DNA of 64,000 nt from the human T2T-CHM13v2.0 reference genome, Homo sapiens. The notes under the pieces are model-generated. The model worked only from the letters and a program-made list of their open reading frames with translations, did no database searches and had not been told where the DNA came from. Positions 39,590 through 55,415 of the stretch are shown piece after piece. The translations under genes were made by a program, and so were the position numbers. The first letter of the stretch is position 1. Every line of letters begins with the position of its first letter. The DNA is taken from the NCBI RefSeq assembly GCF_009914755.1, contig NC_060939.1. One strand, written 5' to 3'.

Positions 39590-39810
39590 ACAGCCAGCAA
39601 TTTTTCTAGCATTCACTGTGTGCCAAATATTTTATATGCATTATTTGATTTCGTTCTCCCAACAACACTAACCCCATTTCACAGATGGTAAAAATGATTG
39701 TCAAAGATTTTTAGTGACCCATGTAGGGCCACAGAGCTAGAAAGCAGAGGGGCAGAAATATGAACCTAAGTGTGTTGAACTGTAAAGTCCAAATTTCTAA
39801 TCACTGGGAT
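39590..39810 (-). mobile_element. MIR
   Basis: ccccatttcacagatgg...gtgacccatgtagggccacagagctag. Confidence 0.75.
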
Positions 39811-41346
39811 TTACTGACTTTCATATTATCATGGACACTCCAATTTTAGAAGTATTTTTATAATTTTGCTCCTCATAATGAGCCAATTAAAATGGGTATA
39901 ATTATTTTTCATTTGTATTATTAATTTTACTCACAGGTAACAACTTAGACTCAGAAATACGCCATAGACATTCAGCTAGTCATGAACCAAGTCAACATTC
40001 AAGCCCAGATATCCCACTCCAAACTCTAATCCCCTTCTTCTAATTACTTTACACTAGAACGTAAAATATGTTTATTAAGTCTAGTCTCTGCTGTGGTGGT
40101 CGGACACCTGTACTACAACCATTTGGACTGATTGTTTTCTTTGTTCTTAGTTATCTATTTTAAAAACACCATCCTCCAAAGGTTTCTAAAATCCAGTAAT
40201 CCATATTAGAGATGGATCCCCCAGATCATTTGGAACAAGGCTTTGGGGTCGATCATATTTAAAACCAAAAGCAGAGCAAACCGTTTTTGGTTTACTATTT
40301 TGAGGTTCTGAAATGTTCAGTTGCGTTTGTTCCTTTTGGTCTGCAGCCAGGAACAGAGGCAGAAGGGCTCAAATACCAAATGAAAGGGTGTTCTCACAGT
40401 GTTTCTGGCCAGGACCACAGTGGAAATATCGGAAAGCTCACGAGCAAAGCTGTTCTTCTGAGATTTTTATCTCAGAAACCTGTAAAAGCAAGATACTTGC
40501 AAATATATATATATTTTTTCCTCTGAGTAGTTATCTGAGGCAAATTCTTACTGTGAACTCTGACAAGCCTGACTTTCCACATCATCTCTCCATCCCTACC
40601 CATGATGTCTATTCATCCATCCCAAGACCATGTGTCTATGCCTGTGTCCTCTTCTGCTTGAATGACTAGGTGATTCTTTTACAAATACACCTCAATCAGA
40701 GGTACACTTTGCCGTTTTGCTTTTCATTCCCAGGAGGACACATTAGAAGCCATTTATTCTACTTTCTTTAAGAGTACAGACCAGGCAAATGAGGTCACCA
40801 AAAAGTCTACATGATTATATTCAACTTCCCAAAAGCTCTTAAATTGTTGACTTAAGAGAAATAGTGCATCCTCAAGACTCCTCAAATTTTTTACTGCATC
40901 TATATCCATTTCTACCACCTATTTTAGATTGTTAGATTAATATAGCTCAAAGCATAATTTGCATTTCTAAATTTTATCCCATTCCGCTGGTTTCAAGGGC
41001 AAAGTAGGAGCTCTCAAAATGTAATTGTCTTCCCTTTATTTAACAGCCATGGACTTGTGAATTTCTACTATTTAGGTATTAATTTTATTTCTAAATTAAT
41101 GGTTTAATTTTTTCTAGATCATTTGTGTTCTACCCTCATAACTACCTTAGTTAAAGTAAAAACTACAGTACTTAAACAGAATCATGTTCAATATGAGAGT
41201 CCATTTAAACTAGCAGTTCAAGAAAAGAGCAGATATCCTTCAAGATAATCAGAAAGGCTGGGTCTCAGTCGGACAAAAAACAAGCAGCAAATTCCTTGAG
41301 GGAGGTTATAGAAAGGTAGGACATTAGTTAGAGATCATAAAGAGGA

Positions 41347-41623
41347 GTGTTCACTAAAGCATGTTCCATCAAACATCAATAAATAATTGCCACTTGAAGA
41401 AAGAATTGGGTGGTTAAATAAGTTTGAGAAACACTGAGTTCAACCAACTTAGCCAGTTCCTTTTTGTCAGGTTATTTCAGAAACTTTAAGGTGCTAATGG
41501 TCCCATTAACAGTCTGGAAGGGAATGTAATGTGCAGCTGCCAAATATGATTGATGGTACACAGTTTTTCCATAGACCATCTCGTGGGGTTATTGCTCCTT
41601 AGAATTCACTTTGAGGAGCTCTG
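41347..41623. mobile_element. MER103C (hAT-Charlie)
   Basis: gtggttaaataagtttgagaaacactg...tgctaatg internal palindromic layout. Confidence 0.7.
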
Positions 41624-41858
41624 AACTAGAACAACCATGGCCCATTGGAAGAAAAATAAGGGACCCTCTTCTAAGCATTGCACTAGTGTCTTAAATGTAT
41701 CATTGTATTTAGTCTTTGCAACAATCCTCTACGCTGAATAGAAAATGTTGTTTCCATTTTACAAATGAGGACACTCAAGTGTGTTGGATGTATTAGTAGT
41801 TATTGACCCCGGCTGCTTTTAGACAATATAGAGACCAATCTCTGACCTACTGAGCTAG

Positions 41859-42119
<261 letters not shown>

Positions 42120-44039
42120 TGAGACTTTGAATTCTATCTTCTAACTCCCAAGTGCAGTGTTCTTTTTACTATAACATGCCAGTCATGAATGATTCTCTGC
42201 TGCCGGATGTCTCTAGATAAAAATCTGGAAATTGTCAGAAGATACACACTGGCTGATTGGTACCCTTTCACCTTCACTGTTCAAGGTGGAACAATAATCT
42301 CTAAGATAGTAGGTAAACAACATCATTCTTTAGAAATAAAGGTCAACACATTAAATTGCACATACTTCTCATGAAACCACCAAGAGACATATGTCTTATA
42401 AGCATTGCATAAGGTATTGTCAGATATGAATGCTTTCCTTACCATGATCAAATGGAGGCATTGCTGCATTTCTCCAGAGAATTATATATGGATTTCCAAT
42501 GTTGGGTGACTGGTCCTTAAAAATCTAAATTAAACTATATTCTCAAATATAAAATAAGCCCTTTTCTTTGGCCTCTCTAAAATCCATGAAAACTTTCCTT
42601 TTCACATACAATGGTGAGTTTTCCAGATCTGCCTGCCTGCCCTTTCATTCTGATTGTGAATGTTCCGGTTCAACTCCCATTTCTGCAATAAAACTGCTTG
42701 TTTAAAAAAAATTGTCAGCAACTATTAACCCCTTTGCTTCTGCTTCCTCTGGTCACAGATAGCAATTGGACAGACTCCTGATCTAAACACTGAGTTTGTC
42801 CAATTAAAGTGCCTCAAGTACTAATTCATGGGGGGTAGAGGGTGTATTATTTTGTTTCTAAAGCAATTTTTCTATCCTGCAGACGTTTTACATTAATCTC
42901 CTTAGGCTACTTACTCTTTGCTGGTGTCTCTGTTAATAAGGAAACTTTAGCAGGTCTTAACCAGATAGAATGCTCCCTCGTTTAGGCCACTCAACAGTAG
43001 ATGAACACACTTCTCAGTTATACCCTGAACTTTGGAATGAAGCAAGCAAACACCCAAACCTTGAAAAAATGTCTCCCTTTGCTCTCAAATGGGCTAAGAA
43101 AATTACTTAGAAAGGAGCAAAGGAAAATTCAAAGAGAAATGAGCTTGTCTTGTTATATTTACAGGTAAAATGGCTGTTTGGGGATACATTGTGCATATTT
43201 TGGTAATACACGGAATATTCACTCAGTTGAGCCTAATGGCTCTTCGAAAGCCATTAAGGCGTACTAAGTAAATACATATTTTTTTGTTATGTGTGCTAAT
43301 TTGAAAAACACATTGTTTTACTTGAATGCATTCTTTCATGTCAGAAGCTACTGCCCCAGAAGTGGCCCCCTGTTTGGATTGGGCAGTTTACTGAGTAGGG
43401 AAGGGAGGTAAAGCCTTGTGGAAGAGGGTTTCTGCTGCACCTGGGAAAGCTCTGGTTAACAGCTGATGTTCGTTTTCAAAAAATGCATTTGAATGTTGGA
43501 AAACAAATGCTTTGGAGGTGATTCACATCATCTAAGAGCTGCAAGCGATTCCTGACGAGAAGGAGCTAAGAATATTCATAGGAGTTAAGAAAAACCCGTT
43601 TATGACATCAAATATCAAATGCCTCATACATTTGGGAGATGGAAACTTTTGCACAGTGTGTCGGGGGGTGGGGGGTGTTTACTGTTAACCAACGAATGGG
43701 GAAGGAGAACCACATTACATGGTTTTAGTGAACCAAATAAGACTAGTTGTTTAACTAGAGGTTATTTGTCAAACCTACTTATTCTCTCAATGAGGGACAA
43801 GAAATCTGGAGTGCTAAAGTGACTTGCCCACTATCCCAGAGCTACTAAGGAGCAGAGTGAAAGCTTATTTTTGTCTTATCATCTCCATGGTCACTCCATA
43901 GTAGGCCTTCTGCATGCACCAGGAGAAGTGGTCAATGCAGCTCCCTTTAAGAAAATTTCACCAAGGTATTGAAAAACCCACAGTCAGCCCAATTCTTAAG
44001 ATACTCACAGTTTGATTTCACTGAATGCCTAAACTTGGA

Positions 44040-44950
44040 CCATAACCCTTATTCATGTCCATGTATTCCCTATCTTGGATGGTGGCACCACGTCAGGTAC
44101 CACACTCCAGAGCTGAGAGTCAGCCTGGATTCTCTCTCTTCCTTCTGCGCCTGAGCTCACCCCTATCTGCCACCAACCACCCAGCCCTCCCACTGTTCTG
44201 TGTCCCAGTGAACCTGACCTCCTTCAAGCCCTTACAGCCTGGCCCCGGACCACAGACTACATTACCCATTTCCTAATGGGCTTTACCACCCTAATTGTTA
44301 TTCTTCACACAGGTGTGAGCAGAGGTATTTCAGCTGTGCCCAAGCCATCGTTTGTCCTTCTGCATAAAGCTTAAGCAATTTGGCCTGGGAAAGAAAACAC
44401 CCATGAACTGGCCCCTGCCTGCCTCTCCAGTAGCATCACTCTCATTGCCCCTACCTCTAGCTCTGTGCAGCATAACATTGATTGCTGGGACTTTCTTACC
44501 CCCCACCCCCCACACACACACACCTCACACACACGTACACATACCATGTGGGTTCATCTCCCTCTGATTTTCCTGCTTCACTCTCTGGAATGTCCTCTTA
44601 CTCTAGTCTCCCCCACCTAATCCACCTAGATAACTTCAACTCATTCCCTAAGGCTTGACATACATACCTTCACCACCACCTCTGCTGGAAAACTCCCGTG
44701 TCCCCTGACACCCCACACTCACCAATGAGGTGACCCTCCCCATTGTTCCCATAAGGCACTCCATCCTACATTTCTGCGTTTAATTCTCTGCTTGTGGTCT
44801 TCACCATGGAAGAGGGTGAAGTAACTTTTTGAAATTCAGAATCATGTTTGTATTCTTTTGTATTAGAATACAAAGATTTATCTTTGTATTCTAAATGCCT
44901 ATCATGGGACCAAGAGTTTAACAGGTGCTCGGGGTTTGTTGAATAAATGG
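44040..44950 (+). mobile_element. L2 3' region
   Basis: Pyrimidine-rich L2 motifs ending atctttgtattc...ggtgctcggggtttgttgaataaatg. Confidence 0.65.
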
Positions 44951-45238
44951 AGAAATAAAGCATTCATATCCCAGATAATTCCATTTTCCAAAATTATGCT
45001 ACAGTATGGATTCTCATTTTAATGCAAGTGTAAAAATTTCAACCTTTTATTTATTTCATTTTTAGGAATTGCAAGCATGTACATTTTTACTTAGTTGACA
45101 CATAATATCAAATGATATTAAGCATTTTGAGTGGGTCTCTTAATAATACTGTAATGGCCTCTAGTTGCAAATAAGCTAATCTTTCATAATTTGAAGTATT
45201 ATCAGAATGAAGGATGAAGGCAGTGGAAGAAAACCATC

Positions 45239-45605
<367 letters not shown>

Positions 45606-46510
45606 TAGTTACATAGAGGTCAAATAACTTGAATAGAGCAGAGTCAGGATTAGAACTCAGATCCGTCTGAATCCAAATCTATGTCCCTCTGACTGCACCA
45701 AGTTGCCTCATGCAAGAATACCATCATATTACATTTAGATTTTATACAACCCATCCAAGAATGCATGAAGAATTTTTAAATGTTTAATACATGAGAGATT
45801 CACAAATTTGCTTATAAAGTATTATATTGAAGTGACTTTCATTATTTTAAATAGCTTGTGCTTGATTTCTTTAGAGAAAAGAAACAAATAATCAAAATAA
45901 AGATATAAAAATCCTTGGCTCTGAGCATTGCTCATCCCTTTAAAGGCTACAGACCATGGCCTCTGGCTCACAGAAAGCCCAAATGAATTCTATTTTCCCT
46001 TCTCCCTCATCCAGCAGAGCACAGCTTTGCAATCCTCCTTCCATTATTACCCCTTGTTTCTTTTACCAACCCCATCTCATTTTAAAATATCATTTTTATG
46101 AAGGGTAATGTTACATGGTAGAAAACTGTAAAAAATTAATGGATAGAGTTGGTATGAGGAAAATGCATTATTTCAATAGTTTTATTACTTTTGCCCATTA
46201 CACATTTACAAGTTTTGTTGTTTATATGGGTATGTTTTATAGATGGCTCTATTCAAAACATATTACTTTAACACTTTGATCATTGAGAAATTTAAATCAA
46301 CACTCGGCTTGCTTTTTCCAAAGGAAGAACTCTTTCGAAATATTTACCTAGATTGTTGTTAATATTCTTATTCGTTTGTTAAAAAAAGAATTATTAGAAC
46401 CTCTCACAGAGGGTCATATAAAAATTATCTTAAGGTTGAACAAATGTCATTAGCCCATTCATTTAGCTCCTGAAAGCCCAACAACAAATATTTGTTAGAA
46501 CATCTATTGT

Positions 46511-46600
46511 TCTCAAACTCCTGGGCTCAGGCGATCCCCCCGCCTTGGCCTCCCAACATGCTGCGATTACAGGCACGAGCCTGTGAATCCGTGCCCAGCC
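46511..46600 (-). mobile_element. Tail-less Alu 5' fragment between 17-bp direct repeats
   Basis: acatctattgttctcaa at 46500-46516 and 46601-46617. Confidence 0.9.
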
Positions 46601-46784
46601 ACATCTATTGTTCTCAATATTTTGTTTTGTTTGTCACTGACTCAAGTGCCTAAAACAGTGCCTGGTGCTGGTATGTGCTTTCAAAACACATGTCCAGTGA
46701 GAAAATGCTGTCTAGTAATCCCAGCTGTCATCTAGTGATATTTTTTTCTGTGTTCACATTTTTATTCTATCACTTAGACTATCA

Positions 46785-47200
46785 GTTAAACTCTGACTAA
46801 ATGAAGCAAAAGAAAAGAGGAAAATGATTGGAAGGATATGGAGCGGCTCAGAGAAACCAAAAGCTGGACGCTCAGATCGTGACAGAACAAAGATGGGAAC
46901 CAGACAGCTTCAGGGCTCCAGGTAGCAGGAATGAATAAACAGCCTCTTCAAGGTTCTGCTCACAGGAAGAATCTGTTCCAAGCATATTCCCACTTTTGTG
47001 TCTCACCACTCGGAATTCAGCTTCCCGGAAGGGAAAGCCTGAGTGGCTGAGCTTGAGCTATTCCCCCTGCTTAAGACTGGAAGGTGGATAGGGAGTGGAC
47101 TTGGCAAAGCACCACATAAACCACGTAGACCGAGACCAAGCAGGGATGACTCCCTCAGAGAAAATCCAGGTATTCCTCCTGAATAACAAACAAAATTGAC
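46785..47200 (-). mobile_element. Old MLT1 LTR (K/L/M-type)
   Basis: aactctgactaaatgaagcaaaag...attggaaggatatggagcggctcagagaa...ctgagtggctgagcttgag. Confidence 0.6.
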
Positions 47201-48035
47201 AAATATCCACCAAGTCTCTGACAGTATATTGGATGAACTCCGATTGCATCTTCTAACAAAGTGATGAAATTCTTACATATTAATTTTGCATCCTGAGGTC
47301 TCAAATTTCATTTTCTACATAAAATAGCCAGCAGCTTTGTACAATATTTTCTAATTACGTGCTTCCTCTCCCATTCTATTTCCCATGCCCACTCAGTCCA
47401 AAGAAATAGAAAACTGAATAATAAATTAAATACAAAGAGTGAGTTAATAGTAAGGGAGGCTGGAGAAGTTGATTTTGGATGAGTAAAACCTTAAAATCAT
47501 TATATTGTAAGCCTAAGGTATAAAATGATTAACTATACTAATACTAAACAATGATGTTTATGAGAGTCTTTTTTAAATGTGTGAGTCTCCATAAAGAAAA
47601 TCTACGTGACAGATCTGATACTCAGGTAAACACAAAAATGGGCAAATTGTTTGAAGAACCCATAAAGTGAGATTTAAGACAAACTGAGAAAAACACTTCA
47701 GTGGGAGGAATGAAGGAAGAAAGCAGTTGGTTCCTTCCCTTTCATGGTCCAAAACGTTGCTCTTCATACTTCCCCTAGCAAGCTATTCTCTCTCTCTTTC
47801 ACTAGCCAATTCAAATGTCACCTACTCTTAAGACATTTCCTTTAATATATTCCTCCTTTCAGTCAGCCAAGCCTTCTGTCCTATTCCTATAGTATTTTCT
47901 AAATGCAAGTATTGCAGCTTTATTTCATTGGCTTTTTCTCTTAATCTGCCACATTCGTACATTACATTTATTGAGGATTTGTTGTGTGCTAGACGTATAA
48001 GTGCTTTATCACGCTTAGAAGTATCATAATAAGTA

Positions 48036-48335
<300 letters not shown>

Positions 48336-48505
48336 ATATTATCATAAGTAAAACTATATTTTTATGTCTGTATTTATAAATATCATAAATATTTTGTATT
48401 ACGTTATTTTATAGTATTAATTTTAAGCATTATATTATCACCCCAACAATCCTTTGGAGTAGGTCTTCTGGTTGTCTTTATTTTACAGACCAGAGAGATT
48501 AAGTG

Positions 48506-49140
<635 letters not shown>

Positions 49141-49144
49141 GTCT

Positions 49145-49429
<285 letters not shown>

Positions 49430-49443
49430 ATATAATCTTCAAC

Positions 49444-49740
49444 TGCCAGGTGCAGTGGCTCACACCTGTAATCTCAGCACTTTGGGAGCCCAAGGCCAGA
49501 GGATGACTACAGCCTAAGAGTTCAAGACTCACCTAGGCAACATAGGGAGAACTTGTCTCTATAAAAAATAAAAAGGAAAAAGTTAGCCAGGTGGGGTGAT
49601 GAATATTTGTGGTTCCAGCTACTCGAGGGGCTGTGGTGGGAGAACCGCTTGGTCCTGGGAGGTTGAGGCTGCAGAGCCCCATGATGCACTCCAGCCTAGG
49701 AGTCAGAGTGAGACCCTGTCTGGAAAATAAAAACAGAAAG
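49444..49740 (+). mobile_element. AluJ
   Basis: J-type ttgaggctgcag and gtgagaccctgtct. Confidence 0.92.
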
Positions 49741-50417
49741 ATGATCCTCAGTGTTAATAGTTCCCAACCTGCTGATGTCTTTAACTCAGTCAGCCTCCTC
49801 TTCACCCTCCTGTTTACCCATAGAGCCAGAGCAAGCACATTCCCTAGGCAGAAAACATTAATGGAGACGCAGCCCTCAGGAGAATGTTTCCTGGGTTTCC
49901 ACTGTGATCTCCATGAGTTCCAAACCTATGGCCAGCCCTACTCAGCTTGTTGGATTATCTTGAAATCCCAAGATTCCCCCATTTCTTTCACAGAAAAATG
50001 CAGTAAAATATTATTTTATTTTGTTTTGAATCTACATTTTATTATTTCAACCAAAATAATATTTTAGGAGAAGTGGTATAATAGTCAGTACAATCTCTAC
50101 CAGCCATTAGCCATGTTCTTGGTTGAACTTCTAAAACTGAAACTGGACTGTAAGTGCCTTGAGGGCAGGACCCAAGAACCATTTGTCTTTGTCTTTGTGT
50201 TCCTTCTGAGCCTAGAACAACGGCACATGATATTTTAAGGAGCCAATCTGATAAAGCCATTTGAGCTACAACATTTTGATGCAAATGAAATATCAAACAA
50301 TTTTGGGGCTTTTTAAAAAAACTATTAAGTCACTAGTGCAACGGTCAATATCAACTCTATCGTATCTGGTAATCACAAATGTACCACCTCAGTCTCCTTA
50401 GAAAGGGCCGTCTGTCA

Positions 50418-50726
<309 letters not shown>

Positions 50727-53213
50727 AGGGCCATCAGTCATCAGGAGACACTTCTGCTTGCTCATCCTCTGCTGCTTCACTGGTATCTTGAAAAGCGTGC
50801 ATCCCAGATTCACAAATATCATCCTTAAAGTTAAAATGCCTCTTATGCTTGGGCATATCATAATCCCCAGGGAGAAAGGGGACCCATTTTGAAAAGCATA
50901 TAGATCATTATAGAATTTGAAAAAAATAATAAAAGACATTTTTCTGAATGCACAAAAATTCAAGCTCGATTTTATTTTTTTGGTTACAACAGATGATTCT
51001 ATAAATCTTCAGGGATAGGGAGAGAGCTTGAGATTTTTGATTCTCAAAAGAAAGTTGGATTCAAAAGTAGTTGAGAGATCCCTATATAGATATCTTATAG
51101 ATATCTTCTATATCAATAGAAGATGGATATCTTTGCTTTCTATAGACTTTGGGGTTATGTAGCATTCCTCAATTGGTTTGTAATTGAGTAGCATGTTTCA
51201 CAGAAGTTAATTTCTAAATGTACTATTGAATTGACCCTTGAAAATCCCTTAAACCAGCAGTAGCATACAGGATGTGTGGACATGTGCATCATGGAGAAGA
51301 GTACTTGTTGTATACACCTGAGAACCACCACCCATGCAGCAAGATGCTCTCATCACCAGTAGGAAAGGATGGGTGATGTTGCTAAGAGTAACTGATGGGC
51401 TAGAAGATCCAAACCCTCATCCAATACTTCTCACTCCCAGGAAAAGAGCAGAAACTCATGCAATAAAATGGAGGGTAGAATTATTAACTACCCTAGTTAA
51501 TTTTTTACATATACATATAGATGTATAAGTGTGTATATTTGCCAAGGATAAATACATGAATTTTCTTAAGTTAAGCTAAGGATGCAATTCCAGTGTATAT
51601 GCAGGAGGGGAAGGGGCTAGAAAGATAGTTGAACCCAATTATGATCCCTTGTCCCACTTTCTATCAGCATTTAAGATCTTCAATTAAATTCCTATCTCCT
51701 CTCTCAGTTGTATAAATATAAAGCCCCTTTACAATGAAGGTGGTCAAGAGAACTAATTGTCCTATAAAGATATTGTCCTTCTTAACAGACTTTATGAAAT
51801 CATTGTATTTTTCCAATGCAAGCTTATTTTCCAACACATCCACATAAAATCCAATCAATATGGATCCTGTTAAAACTGAAAACTATCCAAAAAATTATCC
51901 AAAATCAAGATAAGTGTTAGGGACTGACCAAGGGTCAAAAATGCAGCTGGGATCAGGAATCTCCACTGTACACATTACTTGTGAGTTTTGTTTTACGTAG
52001 CAACTGTATATTTCGGGTGGGCCAGCCACATGTCAGTGTCACTTAATATGTGCTCAATAAACACTTGTCAAATAAAGGTTTGATGGATCAGATCTCTTCA
52101 AGAATGCTTTAAACTTGACTGCAAATTTAATGCAAGAGTTCATTCACAATCTAGATGCTATTGTTTTAAGAACTTCAATGACATTTTTTGTCTCCATGAC
52201 TTACCAATATTGAAAAAAAGTATCTCAAATAAGAAGTTTTAATTTTAGCCTCTGCAAATTGAGCAAGAAATACTATTGCTCATTGCACTATAATACATCA
52301 AAAAATAGAGTTACTTGACGTGACATATCCTCTTTCACCATGATGACCTCCCACCTTTACTGTGGTACTGTCATTTTTAGGTGACACCTGCTTTGCTTGC
52401 AACCAACAGCTCTGTGTGTGCCATGCTGCAGCAGATGGCTTGAGGCGTGATGTGTTAATGGCAGTGATTACTTTATGAATAGTGACAGCTGATCAGAGAC
52501 ATAATAAAACAATAGTGGCTGCCATCCTGGAAAAGGTGCTAAATAGGGGTGACATGCTTAGTGAGGACTATTCCTCTCTCTTGAACCTCATTATCAATTC
52601 CAAAGGGACACAGGAGCCAGCCAGGCAACTGCAGGCTCACACACATTGGAGAGAACCAAACCCGCCCAAAGATTTCCCTCTGAGTTAATTGGAGTTGGGG
52701 AGGGTGTACAGCTTTTAATGTGCAAGCCATTTGGGTAAATGTGAATGTGTCTTCCCAATTTTACTCCTCATACACTATCCTCTGAGATTGTGGCCTGATG
52801 CTCACCACTTTTAAGAAGTCTGGTTCCTACCACTCTTCTTCATGAATCACAGCCTTGAGCCAGGGTAGAAATCACCATGATAGACTATAAGGAAATCAAC
52901 TTGTGTGTCTTGTGAAATTATATTCCTAAGGACAAGTGATTTTCTGAACAAATTTCTAACTGGAATTCATAACTCTAGGAAAAGTTAATAGTGAAGGGAA
53001 TCACAGTCAGGTTTCTGTTAAGGGTCATTCATTCATTCCACAAATTGGACACTGGAGAATGAAGCAAATAAAGTGAAGTCCTTACCTTCAAGGTGCATTA
53101 TCTCATAAGAAAGACATATGTAAGCAGTTATAATCCAGAGTGATGAGTTATGATTATCTTCCATATTGAGCATAAGATTAGTCTGAGGTTTGAGAAAACA
53201 ATGTCACATTACA

Positions 53214-53533
53214 GATATATATACATATATATATATATATTTTTTTTTTTTTAGACGGTGTCTCACTCAGTAGCCCAGGCTGGAGGGCAGTAGTGTGATC
53301 TTGGCTCACTGCAACCTCTGCCTCCTGGGTTCAAGCAGTTCTCCTGCCTCAGCTTCCAGCATAGCTGGACTACAGGCAAGTGCCATCATGCCCAGCTAAA
53401 TTTTGTAGTTTTAATAGAGATGGCGTTTCACCATGTTGGACCAGGCTGGTCTTAAACTCCTGACCTCAAGTGATCCACTCGCCTTGGCCTCCCAAAGTGC
53501 TGGGATTACAGGCATGAGCCACTGCACGTGGCC
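53214..53533 (-). mobile_element. AluS with (TA)n tail
   Basis: Full antisense Alu. Confidence 0.95.
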
Positions 53534-54584
53534 TAAATGTATATAAAATTACCTAATAAAATAAACCTTCAATATTCCATTGAGTTTACCCAATCCTTGT
53601 GATTTATCCTAGATTACCAAGATACCTACTTAAACTATATAGCTTTTCACTAATTCAAAAGAACATGAGGTCTTCCATGGTCTGTCTGTTCTGTTGAAGC
53701 TTCTGGTAGGTCCTGCTCTTGTTTTTAGTTATTTGCTCACATGTAAAAACCTAATATACATAAGGCTTCTAAATAACCTAAAGCAAAAAATACTGTACAC
53801 AAAATATTTTCCACTCTCTTTGATGAGGAGGGATGAGAAGAAACATTCGGCATATCTTCTCTGCAGAACAAATGAGTATGCCCATCTCCATTGGGCTCCC
53901 CTGAGCTCATGATCCACAGCCTGGAAAGGCCAGCTAGTATCATGTGAAATGAATAGGCATCTCTTCCGTATGTGCAGTCTGCCACCGGTATTCTCTTTAT
54001 AAGTCTCAGGACCCAAACTAAATGAGAATATTACAATGACTTCATCCCGCCCATTACAGTATCTCCCCAGAGTGACTATTAGAGAATTACTATATTATGT
54101 CTGCCCTGGAGACATTTGAAGGTCCTGATATATTTCAGTGATTTTACTTAACCCAGTAATTAGTTTACACAGTTTTATGAAGATTTTACTGCTTTAAAGA
54201 TGACAGTTTTTCTTCTGAAAATTAGTTCTGATACCCAGTCACTTCATTTCATGGTTTATGAGAGACTGGATATATTGGGTAAAAGATCTTCATTTAAGAA
54301 TATGGAAAAACATCCCCTTTTACTAACTGAATATGGTTTGGTACATTCTCCCTTTTCTGTTAATTTTCCTTTTTTGGCCCATATACCATGTGGGATTGTT
54401 TACAAGGCCAAGGAAAATGTAGTTTTGCTTATTTTTTAATGCAGTCTAGATGTACAGCTGACTCTTATTAAGAATAATAGGAGTCTTGCATATAAAATGC
54501 GGGAAAGTGATTTAATAACTTCCAAGGCTTTGAAAATGTTACACACACATCTGTAACAAGTAACAAAAACACCCTGGCCCTGTT

Positions 54585-54940
54585 AATTCAGTGAATAAAT
54601 TATTAGTTGTGCACCTTCTATGTTCTTCACACTGTCCTAGGCATTGAGGCACAGCAGGGAAAACAAAATAAATTCCCTTCGTTCTTGAAATGGGCATTCT
54701 AGAGGAGGGAAGAAAACAATGAACAAAAATAAATAAATACAAATAGAGGAAAGAATGATGAAGGGATCAAGGAAAGCTGGAGGAGAAAGGACAATTGGGA
54801 AGAGATCTGAACCAGGCGAGGGAATAGGCCGTGCAAAACGTGGAGAGGAATGTTCCAGAAAGAGGGACTAGCTTGTGTGAAGGCCTTGCAGTGAAAAACT
54901 GCTGAAGAGCTCCAGGCAATGCGGTCCTAGCATGGTGAAT
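54585..54940 (-). mobile_element. L2 (L2a-like) 3' end
   Basis: gcaccttctatgtt...cactgtcctaggcattgaggcacagcaggga...gaatgttccagaaagagggactagc. Confidence 0.75.
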
Positions 54941-55109
54941 GAATACCTAAGAATGCCTTGCAACCTGGCTTCATTGATTTATTGATATTAATAAATGAGA
55001 GTACCAAGCGGCTGGTGCCGGGGAACTCCTGCATCATTTCAGCTACATATATGAGAGCGTGTAAAATTTCTCAGACACAGCAGTGAAAAAGACGTGGATA
55101 GAAAAAAAT

Positions 55110-55415
55110 GGCCGGGCCCGGTGGCTCCCACTTTTAATCCCAGCACTTTGGCCAGCCAAGGCGGAAGGATCACTTGAACTCAGAAGTTCGAAACCATCCT
55201 GGGCAACATGGCAACCTGTCTCCACTAAAAATACAAAAATTAGCCAGGCATGGTGGGGCCTTCCTGCAGTCCCAGCTACTCAGGAAGCTGAAGTGAGAGG
55301 ATCATCTGAACCCGGGAGGTGAAGGTTGCAGTGAGCCGAGATCCTGCCGCTGCACTCCAGCCCGGGTGACAGAGCAGGACCCTGTCTCAAAACAATAAAT
55401 AAATACATACATACA
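55110..55415 (+). mobile_element. AluJ
   Basis: ggatcacttgaactcagaag, ggaccctgtctc, (TAAA/TACA)n tail. Confidence 0.92.

Noticed and set aside
40456-40477. 9-bp perfect hairpin ttctgagat-tttt-atctcagaa
   Set aside because: One such stem is expected by chance in 64 kb; no supporting context
43238-43253. Histone 3' stem-loop resemblance (GGCTCT...AGCC)
   Set aside because: Loop and 3' stem do not fit the consensus; no histone ORF or downstream element
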